A DNA stretch of 64,000 nucleotides. Origin: Azolla caroliniana (taxonomy: Eukaryota > Plantae > Polypodiophyta). The position numbers and the translations under genes were made by a program. Of this stretch, positions 1-11,592 are shown one piece after another (position 1 is the first letter of the stretch; every line of letters starts with the position of its first letter). The notes beneath the pieces were generated by a model. It saw only the letters and a list, made by a program, of their open reading frames with translations, was not told where the DNA came from and did not search any database. The stretch lies in NCBI GenBank assembly GCA_043228905.1, contig JBHGNT010000003.1, forward strand, positions 15,128,001-15,192,000, given 5' to 3'.

Positions 1-19
1 ACCTGTTGAATTTCCGGTA

Positions 20-1540
20 TCACCATATTAACGACAAGTGCTTTTCCTTTGGTTTTACACGGACATTGATTTGCATAATGGCCATCTTTCCTGCAAATAT
101 AGCAGTTAGGAGTGAATGATCCACTGCCTTCACCCTGTTCATATTGGGGACATCCATCTGGATGCTCTCTCTGAGAATCATGTTGAAATTGCCGTGACGC
201 TTTTGGCTTATAGAATTTTTTGTTGTTGTGTCGATTCTGTTTATTCTGATAACGACCTCGTTGTTGTTGACGACTGTTATCTTGCAGTGCTGAAAAATCT
301 TGATCTCGATTCTATCTATAATCATACTATCCGGCGTCCTCTTGTGTTGGACCTTGATTATCATTTCTCCTGTATTCATTCCAGTCATTACTCGGTCGCC
401 TTTCGGAATAATTCCAATTATCATACCGGTCATCCTCCTAATACCGATTATTGAACCTATTACGGTTATCTTGGTAACCATTTTCTTGAAAAATTTGCCG
501 TATTGGCGTTGTCGCTTTGTTAAGCAAATTATATTCACATTGTTCTACTGAATGGGCCTTAGAGTGACAGATTGTGCAATGTATACGTAAACTACACTCG
601 ATTGTCGAATGCCCAGTATTCAAACAATTAGTAGATTGTCCTGCTTGGCGAAACTGTAACTCTTTCATAGTTGGCAAAGTATGATGCAATGCCGACATAT
701 CCATACTTCTTACATTTTTTGGATTTCGACCCAAAGCAATGACCGTATCAATCACTTGCTCAATTGATTGATTTCGGAAATCGAACACCACTAGTGTTGT
801 TCGTAGTGGTTCCCGAATTGCCTCTAGAAAGATATCCTTTAGTTCGTGATCCGGAATTGGCCTGGAAATTTGTAACTGTAGATTCTGAAAGCGAATGACA
901 AATTGTGACACCATTTCATTGGGTTCTTGATACAATGCATAAAATTGAGCTATCAGATCCTTATGAGGAATTTATCGATGAAACATTTGAAGATTTTTTT
1001 TGGTTAATTGTTCGAATGTTTCGAACTCTCGGAAACCATTCTGAGCAAACCAATTTGCCTACTGGCCATCTAATGACAAAACAAACTAAGCTATTTTAGA
1101 CTTATCCTTGGCTGTAGCCGATAGTTGCTGAGCTCCATGGTTTATTTCCCATGTTGTTAAGAAATCCCTAATATGCGCTTCTGCATTAGAGCCTTCTCGA
1201 AATTTCGAGTAAGGGTAAGGCATCTTGTCTTCACTCCAGATATCGTAAAATGATACCTCTTCCGACTTATCTCCGTCTGACTAACTGTTAGTTATGTCGG
1301 GAACTGAAGACCACCTCTGACTTGTTTCTTGTTGTACCACTGTAGCAGAATAGTCTTCGACACACTTTGTAACCGAACGTGTACGAGGACATTTACGATC
1401 AACTGGTGTATCTGGTCCAGACGACGACATCCATTCGATTTGTTCTCTACTAATTGCAGATGTAACCGGGTGTGCCAAAATTATATTGTGTTGTTCGGCC
1501 GACAACCGACTCTGTCGCCGACACACAACGGAGTTCAAAC
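20..1540 (-). pseudogene. Ty3/Gypsy-type gag remnant (Retrotrans_gag-like domain plus CCHC zinc knuckles), with stops and frameshifts, running off the window start
   Basis: ORF 438..935 (YQEPNEMVSQFVIRFQNL...LKDIFLEAIREPLR, knuckle CTICHSKAHSVEQC). The upstream frame reads MPYPYSKFREGSNAEAHIRDF. A further knuckle CYICRKDGHYANQC lies at ~63-104. Confidence 0.8.
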
Positions 1541-1612
1541 GTTTCGTACTGAACGTTCTATCAAAGAATTGTGGTTGTGCAAATAGATACTAAGTTATTG
1601 TAATCTTATCGA

Positions 1613-1978
1613 TGTTACACATACATTGAGATCGTTACTTACGTAATACAGTTATAGTAGGATAGATTGACGGAAATTAAATAGTTGCACACTGAGATTT
1701 CCTACAACTAAACTTATAGTACTAAAAGTAAAACGATGGATTCTACAATGTATTCGGTTCCTTTTTATAGGCAACCTAAAGGACTTCCTCATCAAGAAAT
1801 ACATATTGCCCTATCGGCAAGAACTACAAAAGTTGTAACTAACTATAATTTTCGGTATTAACTATTATTTGGCAATGATCCGACTTCGACTTCGACTTTG
1901 ACTTCAAACCTCCGACTCTGACGTTTCCGACTCCAACGCTTCCCCACTATGTCCGTCCACCCCTTTGTTCGGGTAACA
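1613..1978 (-). mobile_element. 366-bp LTR (either the 5' LTR of the Gypsy gag to its left or a solo LTR) interrupting Copia A gag
   Basis: Terminal inverted repeat TGTTAC...GTAACA and minus-strand TATAAAAA near 1761-1768. Flanks are ATCGA/GTCGA, a possible 5-bp TSD with 1 mismatch. Confidence 0.7.
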
Positions 1979-2494
1979 GTCGAATAGCTTCAACTTGTCT
2001 TCTGATGATCATAACATCTTGCATCATCTCCTTCCACAGTGCAAAATTTTTGCCATCGAACTTTCTGATTTCAATTCCTATTTCGGATGTTGTAACCATA
2101 TTCTTCTCTGAAAAGTGAGATTTTTTATTGACCTCTTCTTTGAAAAGTGAGCTTCTTCTATTGTCTATTGCCGCCGAACAACAAGGTTGGCTCTGATACC
2201 AATTGTGGAAAGTTGGTGGGTGTGTGCGTATGCGGAAGCGTATGAGAACCTATTTCCTGACTTGGAAAACAACACAAAAAGGGAGGAAGGCAGAGACTTA
2301 CACAGAAACGAGATTTAATGGAAAGCTTTATTACGTTCTCCCTCCCTCTCCCTCTCAGAGACTTGATATACAATATATGGTCAAGAGGATCTTTCTTTAC
2401 AACGTTAGGTTATTGCTTATATACTAAGCCATAACTATATGGACGAGTTCACACTAGGACAAGAAGTGGAGGGAGTCGGCCTTCTATGCCAACA
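1979..2494 (-). mobile_element. Copia element A: 5' LTR (2204-2494), tRNA-iMet PBS (2189-2201) and gag N-terminus (from ~2099 down to 1979)
   Basis: TG...CA LTR. The minus strand has TGGTATCAGAGCC 2 nt after the LTR and translates to MVTTSEIGIEIRKFDGKNFALWKEMMQDV, a Copia Gag N-terminal motif. Confidence 0.85.
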
Positions 2495-5363
2495 ATAATC
2501 ACCAAAATCCCATTGTTACTTAGTATTTACATATGCTAGTACAAAAGGGTGCGCACTTGGGCACACCCGCGTTCACACGCATTTGGCTATGTTTCCCCTT
2601 ATGGCCTCAAATCTGCACGTCATCCATCCCCACCAAACCGCACATCCTCTAGTATGTGCCAGGTAGGGAGTTTAGTGGAGGATTTCCGGGCTAGCCTTTA
2701 CTCATCCGAGACGTCGCCTTTGGTCCCCACCGCCGGGTCCGGTTCCGCATCTTGCCGTTTCCTAAAGGCCTTTATCCGCTTCCCAACTATCGGTGTCACT
2801 ATTCGGGTCCCGTTGAGCTCCGTGAGGTGGTATGTCCCGTTGTTGTTTGCGTCGGTCACTACGTATGGTCCGAACCACTGCTTTGCAAACTTACACGTGG
2901 ATCGGTGTTGGTTGTCGATATTGCTATCGTAGACCAGCACCCAATTGCCTTCCTTGATCTTCCTTGGTCGGAGTCGGTGCGTCCGCTCGAACCGGTCCTT
3001 GTTCCTTTCCCACGCCACGTACAATTTCTCCTTTCACCATTCCACGTACTCCGGTCTCTGCTCGAGTTGGAGAATCCTTGCTGCCAACAGCTCCTCCCGA
3101 CTCACTTCGTCCATCCAATCGATCGCTGCCCATGAAGAGATCATTTGCTCCCTCGGCATGATCAACTTCTTCCCATACATGAGTTCCATCGGCATGAATC
3201 CCGTCACCGAACTGTGTGTAGTCCGGTCTGCCCATAATGCGTACGGTACGAGCCGTGACCAATTTCGAACTTGCCCCTCGCATGCTCATACCAGTGCCTT
3301 CACTATTGGCCCGTGTCCACGTTCCACCTTCCCGTTCGCCTATGGATTGTACGCCGTGGTGAGTGAAAGCTTAACCCCTAACCGGCTGAACAGCTCTTCG
3401 GCTTCTCGCGCATCCAGCTCCCCTGGATTTGCCATGATCTTCCCTACACATCCGTATCGACAATCACCTCTTCAATCAGGAACCAACATACGGCCGCAAT
3501 TGTCTTTTTCTGCAATGCCCGACCCTCCACTTGGTTCGTCAGGTCCTCTCATGCTAGACCAGGTATCACATTTGCCCCACCCCCATCGGCATCGTTACTA
3601 AATCCACCATCCATTTGAAATGAACGGTCGGCGGCTAGGTCGGGTGTAACTCGTCTATATGCTGGACTGCGGAATGCATCTGATAGCTCTCGTAGGTCGT
3701 TACGAAATGGTGCACGTCCTGGTACATTCCTGGCCACCAATACTTCCCCTTCAGCTTCTGAAATGTGACCCACGTTCCACGGTGACCGGACCAAAGGCTC
3801 TCATGATGCTCCGACATCGTCATCATCTGTTCTTCCCTCCTTATCACTACCCGGTGCGGAGTGCCGATATGCTTCTTTAGGTGCCTCCATATTTTACCGC
3901 TCTATAGGAAGAACCGGTATGCCTTCTTCCGGATCCGGTTCACTTCATCCCTTGTCCATGGCGTGTCCGGTGTCAACGTTCTCAAGAATCTACCGATCCG
4001 GAGCCACTCCCCATCGTACTCGTTCTCGTTAAACTCGTTCAATGCCGGAGTGCTCCCCTCCATTGCTGTCACTTGAGTCGTCTCGAAGAAGTCCACGCCA
4101 ACTTTTTCATCTTCCGATACCATGCCGTCTTCGTCGTCAAACCACGCTCTCGAAAGCATATCGGCCTTTCTCGGAGATATGCTTCAGGGACTTGATTTAC
4201 CTGATCCACCTAAGCATAGCTAGGTCCAGAGTCCCGTATCTGGAAACCATACCGAGAATCGATAGGTAGTCCGTCTCGATTACTACCTCTGGCCAATCAA
4301 ATAATCCTTATCGTCCTTGACCGCCGAAACAACACCCAAGAGTTCGTGTTTAACCTGGGCATACCCTCGTTGCTGCTCACTCAATACTTTAACTCTGAAT
4401 CGGATGGGGAATCTCGTGCCGTCTGCATCTTCCTGATTGACCACCCAGCCAATTCCGGTCGGACTCGTGTCCACCGTCATGAAAACCGGGGTACCTTTCT
4501 CATAAACCGCCTTTCGGAGGGCCGGTGCTGCAATCAACGCTTCCTTTAGTCTCCAGACCGATTCCGCATGCTCGTCTTTCCATTTATACTTTTCTTCAGT
4601 AGCCCGTAGAGCGGCTCCACGACATGCGCATAATGCGGAATCCAAATGTGGTAAAAGACGTATGCTCCCAAGAATCTCCGGACCTCCGTGACCGACTTGC
4701 ATTCTTCCTTCATCGCAGAGATGGCTTCTACCTTTGTTGGAGACAGTTTCCGACTGTATGGTCCGCACAAGTGCCCAACTACCAAGATTTCGGATTTCCC
4801 GAATGCCGAATTCTCTGCGGAGAAGGTAAGCCAAGCACCCTCAAGCCTCTGCAGTACCTTCTCGCAATCGGAGATGTGGTCCGCGACAAACCTCCGGCAT
4901 TTGTCCAGTCCGACCGATTCATCCTTTGCTTCCACCGGACATCCCTTTATCGGGATGTCATCCAAAAACGGCATGGTAATGTCCGGGATGTAGTCCCTCA
5001 ACACCTTGTTCATTGCGTTCACCATGTGTGCCACCGAGTTGGTCCCTCCTTGCGGCAGGGTGCACATCCGCACTAAACCGAGTATAAATCGCCAACTGAG
5101 TAAATCGACCTCCTAGCGAAGGCCTCTGCGAACTCATCGATAGTCAACCCTATCCATGCATTCCGAATGATCACCTTATTGACCGGCTGCAAGTCTTGAA
5201 TGAAGTGCAATGTGTTGTTCTTCTTCGGCACCGTAAACTACCGATTCGAATACGGGGCACTTGACGGTTCGAGAATACCCATCTCCACCTCCTCCTTTAA
5301 CAGATCCATCAACATCGGGATGTGACCTCTCGGAACCGGAATCGGTTTGAGATTCCACGGTAC
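2495..5363 (-). mobile_element. Ty3/Gypsy pol remnant (RT-RNase H-integrase order) with PPT and the start of its 3' LTR (2622 leftwards)
   Basis: RT LPQGGTNSV...PFLDDIPIKG (4546-5073), RNase H TVDTSPTGIGW (4283-4550), integrase HHCC region HESLWSGHRG...WWPGMYQDVHHFV (3635-3847) and GPY/F motif WFGPYVV (2698-3024). A purine tract at 2623-2635 is followed by TGACGTG on the minus strand. Confidence 0.9.
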
Positions 5364-6028
5364 AAATATGACGATGAAAGAGACCAATCCAGTGACCTCC
5401 CACATTAATACCTTCAGCCGAGTGTTGTCCGAACTATCCTCCCAAGGGATTAACTTCGAAGAAGAAGTTAAAGCCCTTGCCCTCCTTTCGAGCTTGCCGG
5501 CGAGTTGGGAGGTGTTCTGTACAACTTTTGCCAATAATTGTCTGAATCTAAATCTAGATGAGACGATCAGACAAGTCCTCATAGAGGATATTTGAAGAAA
5601 ATCGATGGGACTCCCCATCGATGAGTCGACAGAAGCCCACAATTCGACCGAGTCAATTGACCAATCCAGTCAATCGAGAGATCAAGATGAAAGAACCAGT
5701 TGAAACACTAGTTGACCAAGAAAGAGGGGTGATCGACAGCGGTTGAAGTCGAGAAATAACCGACTAGGTGATTTCTGCACCACTGCAAAAAAGTCGGTCA
5801 CAATGTTTTCAACTGCTGGTCGATCAAGAGGAAGGAGAACAGTTTGCGATTCGAGTGGAACTCAGCACGGTCCGACTTAAACCATTCTCCAATCGGCAAT
5901 CAAATCAATGTTGTTGACTCCCGATCAGGAGAAATCCTCTCTCTAGAGGACTCGATGATCAGAGACATCCTCTACAGTGCACATAATGCACAAACGTGGT
6001 TGCTGGACTCCCGTGCCACATATCACGT

Positions 6029-6755
6029 TGTCGCAGTTTTCCGCGAGTACGTGTAGGATCTTAGGCGGGATCGCAGGGGTCTTGGACTAGGTAGTAGAGG
6101 AGAAATGGGAGCTTAACCCTTGCGACCTTTGAGCTGAAGAGGAAAGGAGAAAGAATAAGAGATTAACATGGAACAAGAATTAGATGGAGGCAAGATACAC
6201 CAACAAGTTATATGAAGAAAACACCACACGCTTTACAACTGTGGCCGCATAGGCCGAATGAAAAAAACCCTTGACTGGATAGGTAAAGAAGAAGAAGAAG
6301 AAAGAGACCCTAAAACCGAAATCCCGAAACCCTAATGGCAACACAAAGAAACCCCAAGAGTGGAAGCCCCTCAAAAGTGACCCCTCACTCCCTTTTATAG
6401 TAGTAAGGGGTGAGGCACATTGCATAAAGAGGAGTCAAATCCCCTTTCCTTTAAATTTGGGGAATATCTCCCATGATCTTAAATCGGTGGGCCTTTAACT
6501 CTCTCCCCTCATGCTTTCAATGCCATTGCCCATCATACTTGTACCCCCACGTACTCCCCTTTCCTATGTGCCCATGTACACACAAGTCCACATCATCATA
6601 TTTACACTCAACGAATTTTCGTAGAACACCTTACACTTTACATTTGCTTAGTTACTCCTAGGTTACTAATTTAATAAGTATATGTGCTACATTGCACATC
6701 TCATTTTATTTGTTCTGCTCGGGTTTTCCCACCATGGCCGAAAATCCTCATGACA
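6029..6755 (-). mobile_element. Solo LTR (727 bp) inserted in Copia B protease
   Basis: TGTCG...TGACA ends with 4-bp duplication ACGT (6025-6028 / 6756-6759). Removing it restores TAT CAC GTG ACC CCA (YHVTP). Minus-strand TATAAAA at ~6393-6399. Confidence 0.88.
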
Positions 6756-9693
6756 ACGTGACCCCAAATATCAAATTGTTTTCAAACTATTCGGCCGGAG
6801 CCGATGGCACTATCCGACTCGGCAATGGGCAGGAATGCAGAATCGCCAGAACAGGCGAAGTACCAATCCAATTGCCAAATGCCAATAAGATCATCCTACA
6901 CCATGTCCTACATGTGCCCAATCTTAAAAGGAGTCTGATCTCTATCGACATGTTGACCGAAGACGGGTACCGAACGACTCTCAATGAGTCATCATTGATG
7001 ATCAGGCAAGGAAATTTAAAAATTGGGAGTGGATACAAGAGCAATAACTTGTATCCATTGATGGCGATCAACTTTATCATACGTCTCAAGTCAGAATGGA
7101 CCGACTAATGGCGGTCAACTATATACCAAAGCTCCAATCGAAAATGGACTTCTGCAAGCATTGTCGTTACGGGAAACCAACGCGAAGTCCACACTCTCTC
7201 TACTACAAGATGGTATGAAAACCCCTAGAACTTGTCCACACAAATATATGTGGACCAATGCTTGAAAGGTCACTAGGAGTCTCCCGGTACTTCATCACAT
7301 TCGTAAATGACAGTTCTTGGAAAGTTCAGGCCTATTCAATCAAGACAAAAGACGAATCACTCGAGGTCTTCACTCGCTAGATAGTTGAAGTAGAGAACCG
7401 GTCGGGATACCGAGTGAAGACACTCCAATCCGACAACGGAGGTGAGTACACCTCCCGAGCCTTCAAACAATACATGTTCGACAAAGGGATCTTGCACCTA
7501 AAGATAGTTCCATATACTCCCATGCAGAATGGCATGGTGGAACGGATCAATCGCACAATCCAAGAGAGAGTGATGGCAATGCTCCTGCAATCCGGACTAA
7601 AGCTGGAATTCTGGGCCGAAGTGTTGCAGATGGTAGTATATCTGATCAATTTGTCACCGTCGTCAGCAATGCGGCTCGAAGTGCCATAGGCACTGTGGTT
7701 AGGCAAGTAGCTGACGTACGACAAGCTCTATATATTCGGATGTGAAGCCTATGTCTTCATCCCCACAGAGAAGACCAAGTTGGCACCCCATCCACTTAAG
7801 TGTATATTTCTCGGTTATGGAACCGATGGGGATTTCAGTTATCAGCTATGGGACCCAGAGAACCGGAAATTGATCTGGAGTAGTGACCTAGTCTTCGATG
7901 AAGACTCGATTCTCTCTAAATAGAACCAACCGGAAAGGTTTGGCAAAAAGGTCTCTTTCAACATTGATAGAGATGCGATAGAAGGTCCAACCCACCGGGC
8001 TGAATCGGAGATTCGACAAATAGATGAAATCGATCGAGTCAACGACCCCCTTGCCAAATCTGAATCCATTAGTTGAAATCGAGTTCAATTCAACTAAGAG
8101 ATTGACAAGGGCCGAGTTGGCTAACCAAGGCAAAGTCGAGAAGCTTCGAGTAAAAACCAATAGAGTCAAAAGAGACAAAGACGTTTGGACTGACACATCC
8201 AAAAAGGCTAAGGGGATGAAAAGCCGAGTAGAGTCGGCTAAGTCTCCTATCCTTAAGTAAATTGATCCCATACAAGGGAAGGATGATCAAACATCGCCGA
8301 AATCCTATTGCAGGGGCGAATCATCCAAACGAACTCCTGAAGACAGTTCACGTAATGCCAATTGGACAATAGAGCCAATCGAACCCACCAAATTGGCACC
8401 TAGGAGATCTGGACGAGTCAGACGGGCAACCGAGTGTCGACTACGTCAATTATACCAATGCAGGCGAACCAAGCACATATGAAGAAGCTATAGCCACACC
8501 AGATGCTAAGACATGGCTACAAGCCATGAAATCTGAGATGGACTCGATTCATCATAATCAAACATGGGAGTTGGTCGAATTACTAGTTGGAAGGAAGCTG
8601 CTACCTTGCAAATGGGTCTTCTAATACAAATATGTATTTAACTCCGAGAAGCCCAAATACAAAGCTCGGCTCATCACAAATGGATTCAAACAAGAACATG
8701 GGGTCGACTACGATGAGATATTCTCACCAGTAGTCAAGATGACCACCCTTCGACTTCTACCTGGGGTCATGGTGATTGAAAACCTAGAGGTCGAGCAGTT
8801 GGATGTCAAGACGACATTGGAGACTTGGAAGAAGACATCTATATGTCTCAATTGGCAAGCTTTATGGCGATGGGAGAGGAAGGTCACCTCGTATATCGAC
8901 TGAAGAAAAGCCTTTATGGCTTAAAACAAGCACTAAGGATGTGGTATCAGAAATTCGATACCTACACTCAACAGCTCGGCTACCGTTGGTCTGACTCCAC
9001 TCCATGTTTGTATATTCGGAAATTCGCCGACGAGTCCCAAATCTATCTGATCCTATATGTCGATGACATGCTCATTGCAGGGAGCAATCAAGCAGATATC
9101 GGAAAACTAAAGTGGAGTCTTCACGCTAGATACTGGGCATGAGGATTGAGCAAAATCGGATGACAAAGACTCTCTGACTACATTCGTAAGGTGCTAAAGC
9201 GCTTCAACATGGAGAATGTGAAACCAGCATCAACTCTGCTTCCAACGTCGATCCGGCTATCAGATAGAGAGAGAGCTCTGTCGATCCGGCTATCCGACTC
9301 TCCCTTGATGGATATGGAGAGAGAGCTCGATAGGAAGATACCCTACGCATTGGCCATAGGAAGTATCATGTACGCAATGTTGGCGACCCGACCCTATCTT
9401 GCCTATGTCGTAGGGGTCGTCCGCTAATACATGTCAAACCCAAGATGGAAGCATTGGGAGGCCATCAAGCACATCTTTAGGTATCTGAGAGGAACCAAGG
9501 ATGCACAACTGACTTTTGGATCGGCCAATTCAACTGAAGTCGAAGGTTATACCGAGTCAGACTATGCCAAAAATACAGATAATCAAAAGTCAACATCAGG
9601 CTATCTTTTCACCTATGGCTGTAGCGCCATATCATGGAGGTCGAAGCTACAAGAGTGCACGACCCTGTCTACCATAGAGGCTAAGTACATAGT

Positions 9694-9972
9694 TGCATAG
9701 TATGAACCATACGTACCATACCTGCATTCGTGTTCGAGAATGTTACAATCATTCGAGTATGGTAAACACCCTAGAAGAATCGTAAATACCATACTTTTGG
9801 ATTAACTATTTATTATGAGGTTACAAATAAACATAAAAAACAAAAAAAACCTTTAAAAAGGGGGGAAAAACCCAAAAAGAACACAAGAATGTTTGAATAA
9901 CATTCGCAATCATTTTCCAACGTAGGAAAACGAATGTTATGCTAGACAAACACGAATTTTACGTATTATGCA
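9694..9972. mobile_element. MITE-like non-coding insertion (~280 bp) in Copia B RNase H
   Basis: Interrupts STIEAKYI|ASEAAKEAIW. Imperfect terminal inverted repeats TGCATAGTATG / CGTATTATGCA, with internal CATTCG/CGAATG motifs and A-tracts. Confidence 0.7.
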
Positions 9973-11166
9973 TAGAAGCATCCGAGGCAGCGAAGGAAGC
10001 CATCTGGGTGTACAGACTGTCAACCGACTTCTCGATGACAAGACGAATTGACCATCCAACACTAACCATCTACTACGACTCTCAGAGCGCAATACACATA
10101 ATTCGAAATCAAATCTATCATGCGAAGACGAAACACATTGAGGTACGGTTTCATCATATCTGGGAGCTCGCAACAGAGACGAAACTCGAAGTTTGGAAGA
10201 TTGACAACGAGGTGAACATCGTCGATTACCTGATGACGCCACTCACAAAACAACTTTTCGGAGCACTGAGGACAATGATGGGACTATGACAAGCAACCAA
10301 GTAGAAGAGAGTTGAATGAATAGTTGTAGACGGTAAATTCAAAACCGATTTGATCAGAAGAGCTGAAAAGGCTAAGTACAGAGAATTGGAAAATCGAGAG
10401 GTTGAAGATGTAGCACTGAGCAAGGACATCGATTGGAGAGGAAACGATTGAGGGACAAATGAACCTCAAGACAAATTGAGGATCCAGTGAGGAGCGCACG
10501 AGCAAGCACGAGCGGGAATCAAACAAACAACCAAAGCCCGAGAGTCAGATTCGAACACAAGTCGATACGAATGAACGAGCCGATTTGGATGAAATATGAT
10601 TCGAATAAGTCAATATGGCTGACTCAGACAAGCCGACGTAGACAACATACAATCCGAATAACTAATCGAATTAGGCTAGATCCCGACCTTATCTTTGCTG
10701 ACTCGGCCATATGCCGACTGACTTGTAATTATACAATTGTACTTTAGATTAAAATTATAATCTAGGTTTACGAGGGAGATAACCCCATATCACTGTATGT
10801 AGACATAGTAGTCCTTTTACAGGGGGAGTTTGTTGGGCTAAAAGTCCCACTCTACCCACTTGTGTCCTAGTGTGAACACGTCCTCACAGTTAGGGCTAAG
10901 TTACCTTAAGTGAGAGACTAAGCATTTGTTGAGCCGGATCGGTTGAACAAGCTAGAGTCGGATCAATATCTGGATCGGAGAGCCAGACTCAAATAAGAAC
11001 TGGAAGGCTAGTAGTAGCCTATACTCCTAGACTACTAGGTAGTCAGAGTCCTCGTAGTTAGTGTCAGCTGCTCGTATGAGCATTGAAGTACATAGTACTT
11101 CTGTTAGTCCTTTTGAGGACTTGTATAAATAGTGTTGTTTAGCACGTTGTATAGATAGAGTAATAC

Positions 11167-11592
11167 TGTCATGAACACATGACCATTATGGTGTCACCCG
11201 GACTTGAACCTTGAACCTTGTAATCCATACTTGAAAACCTCAACCATTAAGATAGCTTATTGTTATATGAAACAATAATATTGTATTACATTGATTATTG
11301 TAAAACCTCTAGATTATTCTAGAATGTCCTAGAGCATTCTAGGTCTAGAACATTCTAGAACATTCTAGAAATCTCTAAGCTATTCTATAGGAACCTATAA
11401 ATAAGGGCATACATGTATTCTCAAATCAATTCGAATCAACACCAGTCTTTAGCTCTCATTACATATCTTGTATCCATTCTCTTTCTTTCTCTATCTTATA
11501 CATCCATTCTTCTCTTAGTATTTCGTTCCTTTCTTCTCGTGTTCTCTAATATCCTTCTTCCATCACTCTATCTTTTATCCTTGGTTCTGACA
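11167..11592 (+). mobile_element. Solo LTR (426 bp) inserted in the 5' LTR of C
   Basis: TGTCATGAAC...GTTCTGACA with TSD AATAC/GATAC. The 3' LTR of C shows the empty site GAGTGATACAGAG (~27581-27593). TATAAATA at 11396-11403. Confidence 0.92.
11347..11371 (+). promoter_or_regulatory. Perfect heat-shock element array (5 alternating nGAAn pentamers) upstream of a TATA box
   Basis: aGAAcaTTCtaGAAcaTTCtaGAAa, with further TTCTAGAA-like units at ~11308-11342 and TATAAATA ~25 bp downstream. Confidence 0.75.

Larger units (their letters stand above)
5360..10926 (+). mobile_element. Copia element B, 5'-truncated: gag-PR-IN-RT-RNase H pseudogene, PPT and first part of the 3' LTR (10831-10926)
   Basis: Gag ALALLSSLPASW (5365-5595), PR WLLDSRATYHV (~6000), IN LQSDNGGEY...PMQNGMVER (7414-7689), RT LKKSLYGLKQ...LYVDDMLI (8825-9142), RNase H KSTSGY...TKHIEVRFH (9431-10289). 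PPT AGGGGGAG at 10821-10828 is followed by TGTTGG. Confidence 0.92.

Noticed and set aside
2549-5076. Several 100-218 aa plus-strand ORFs
   Set aside because: They are antisense shadows of GC-rich Gypsy pol with no independent motifs.
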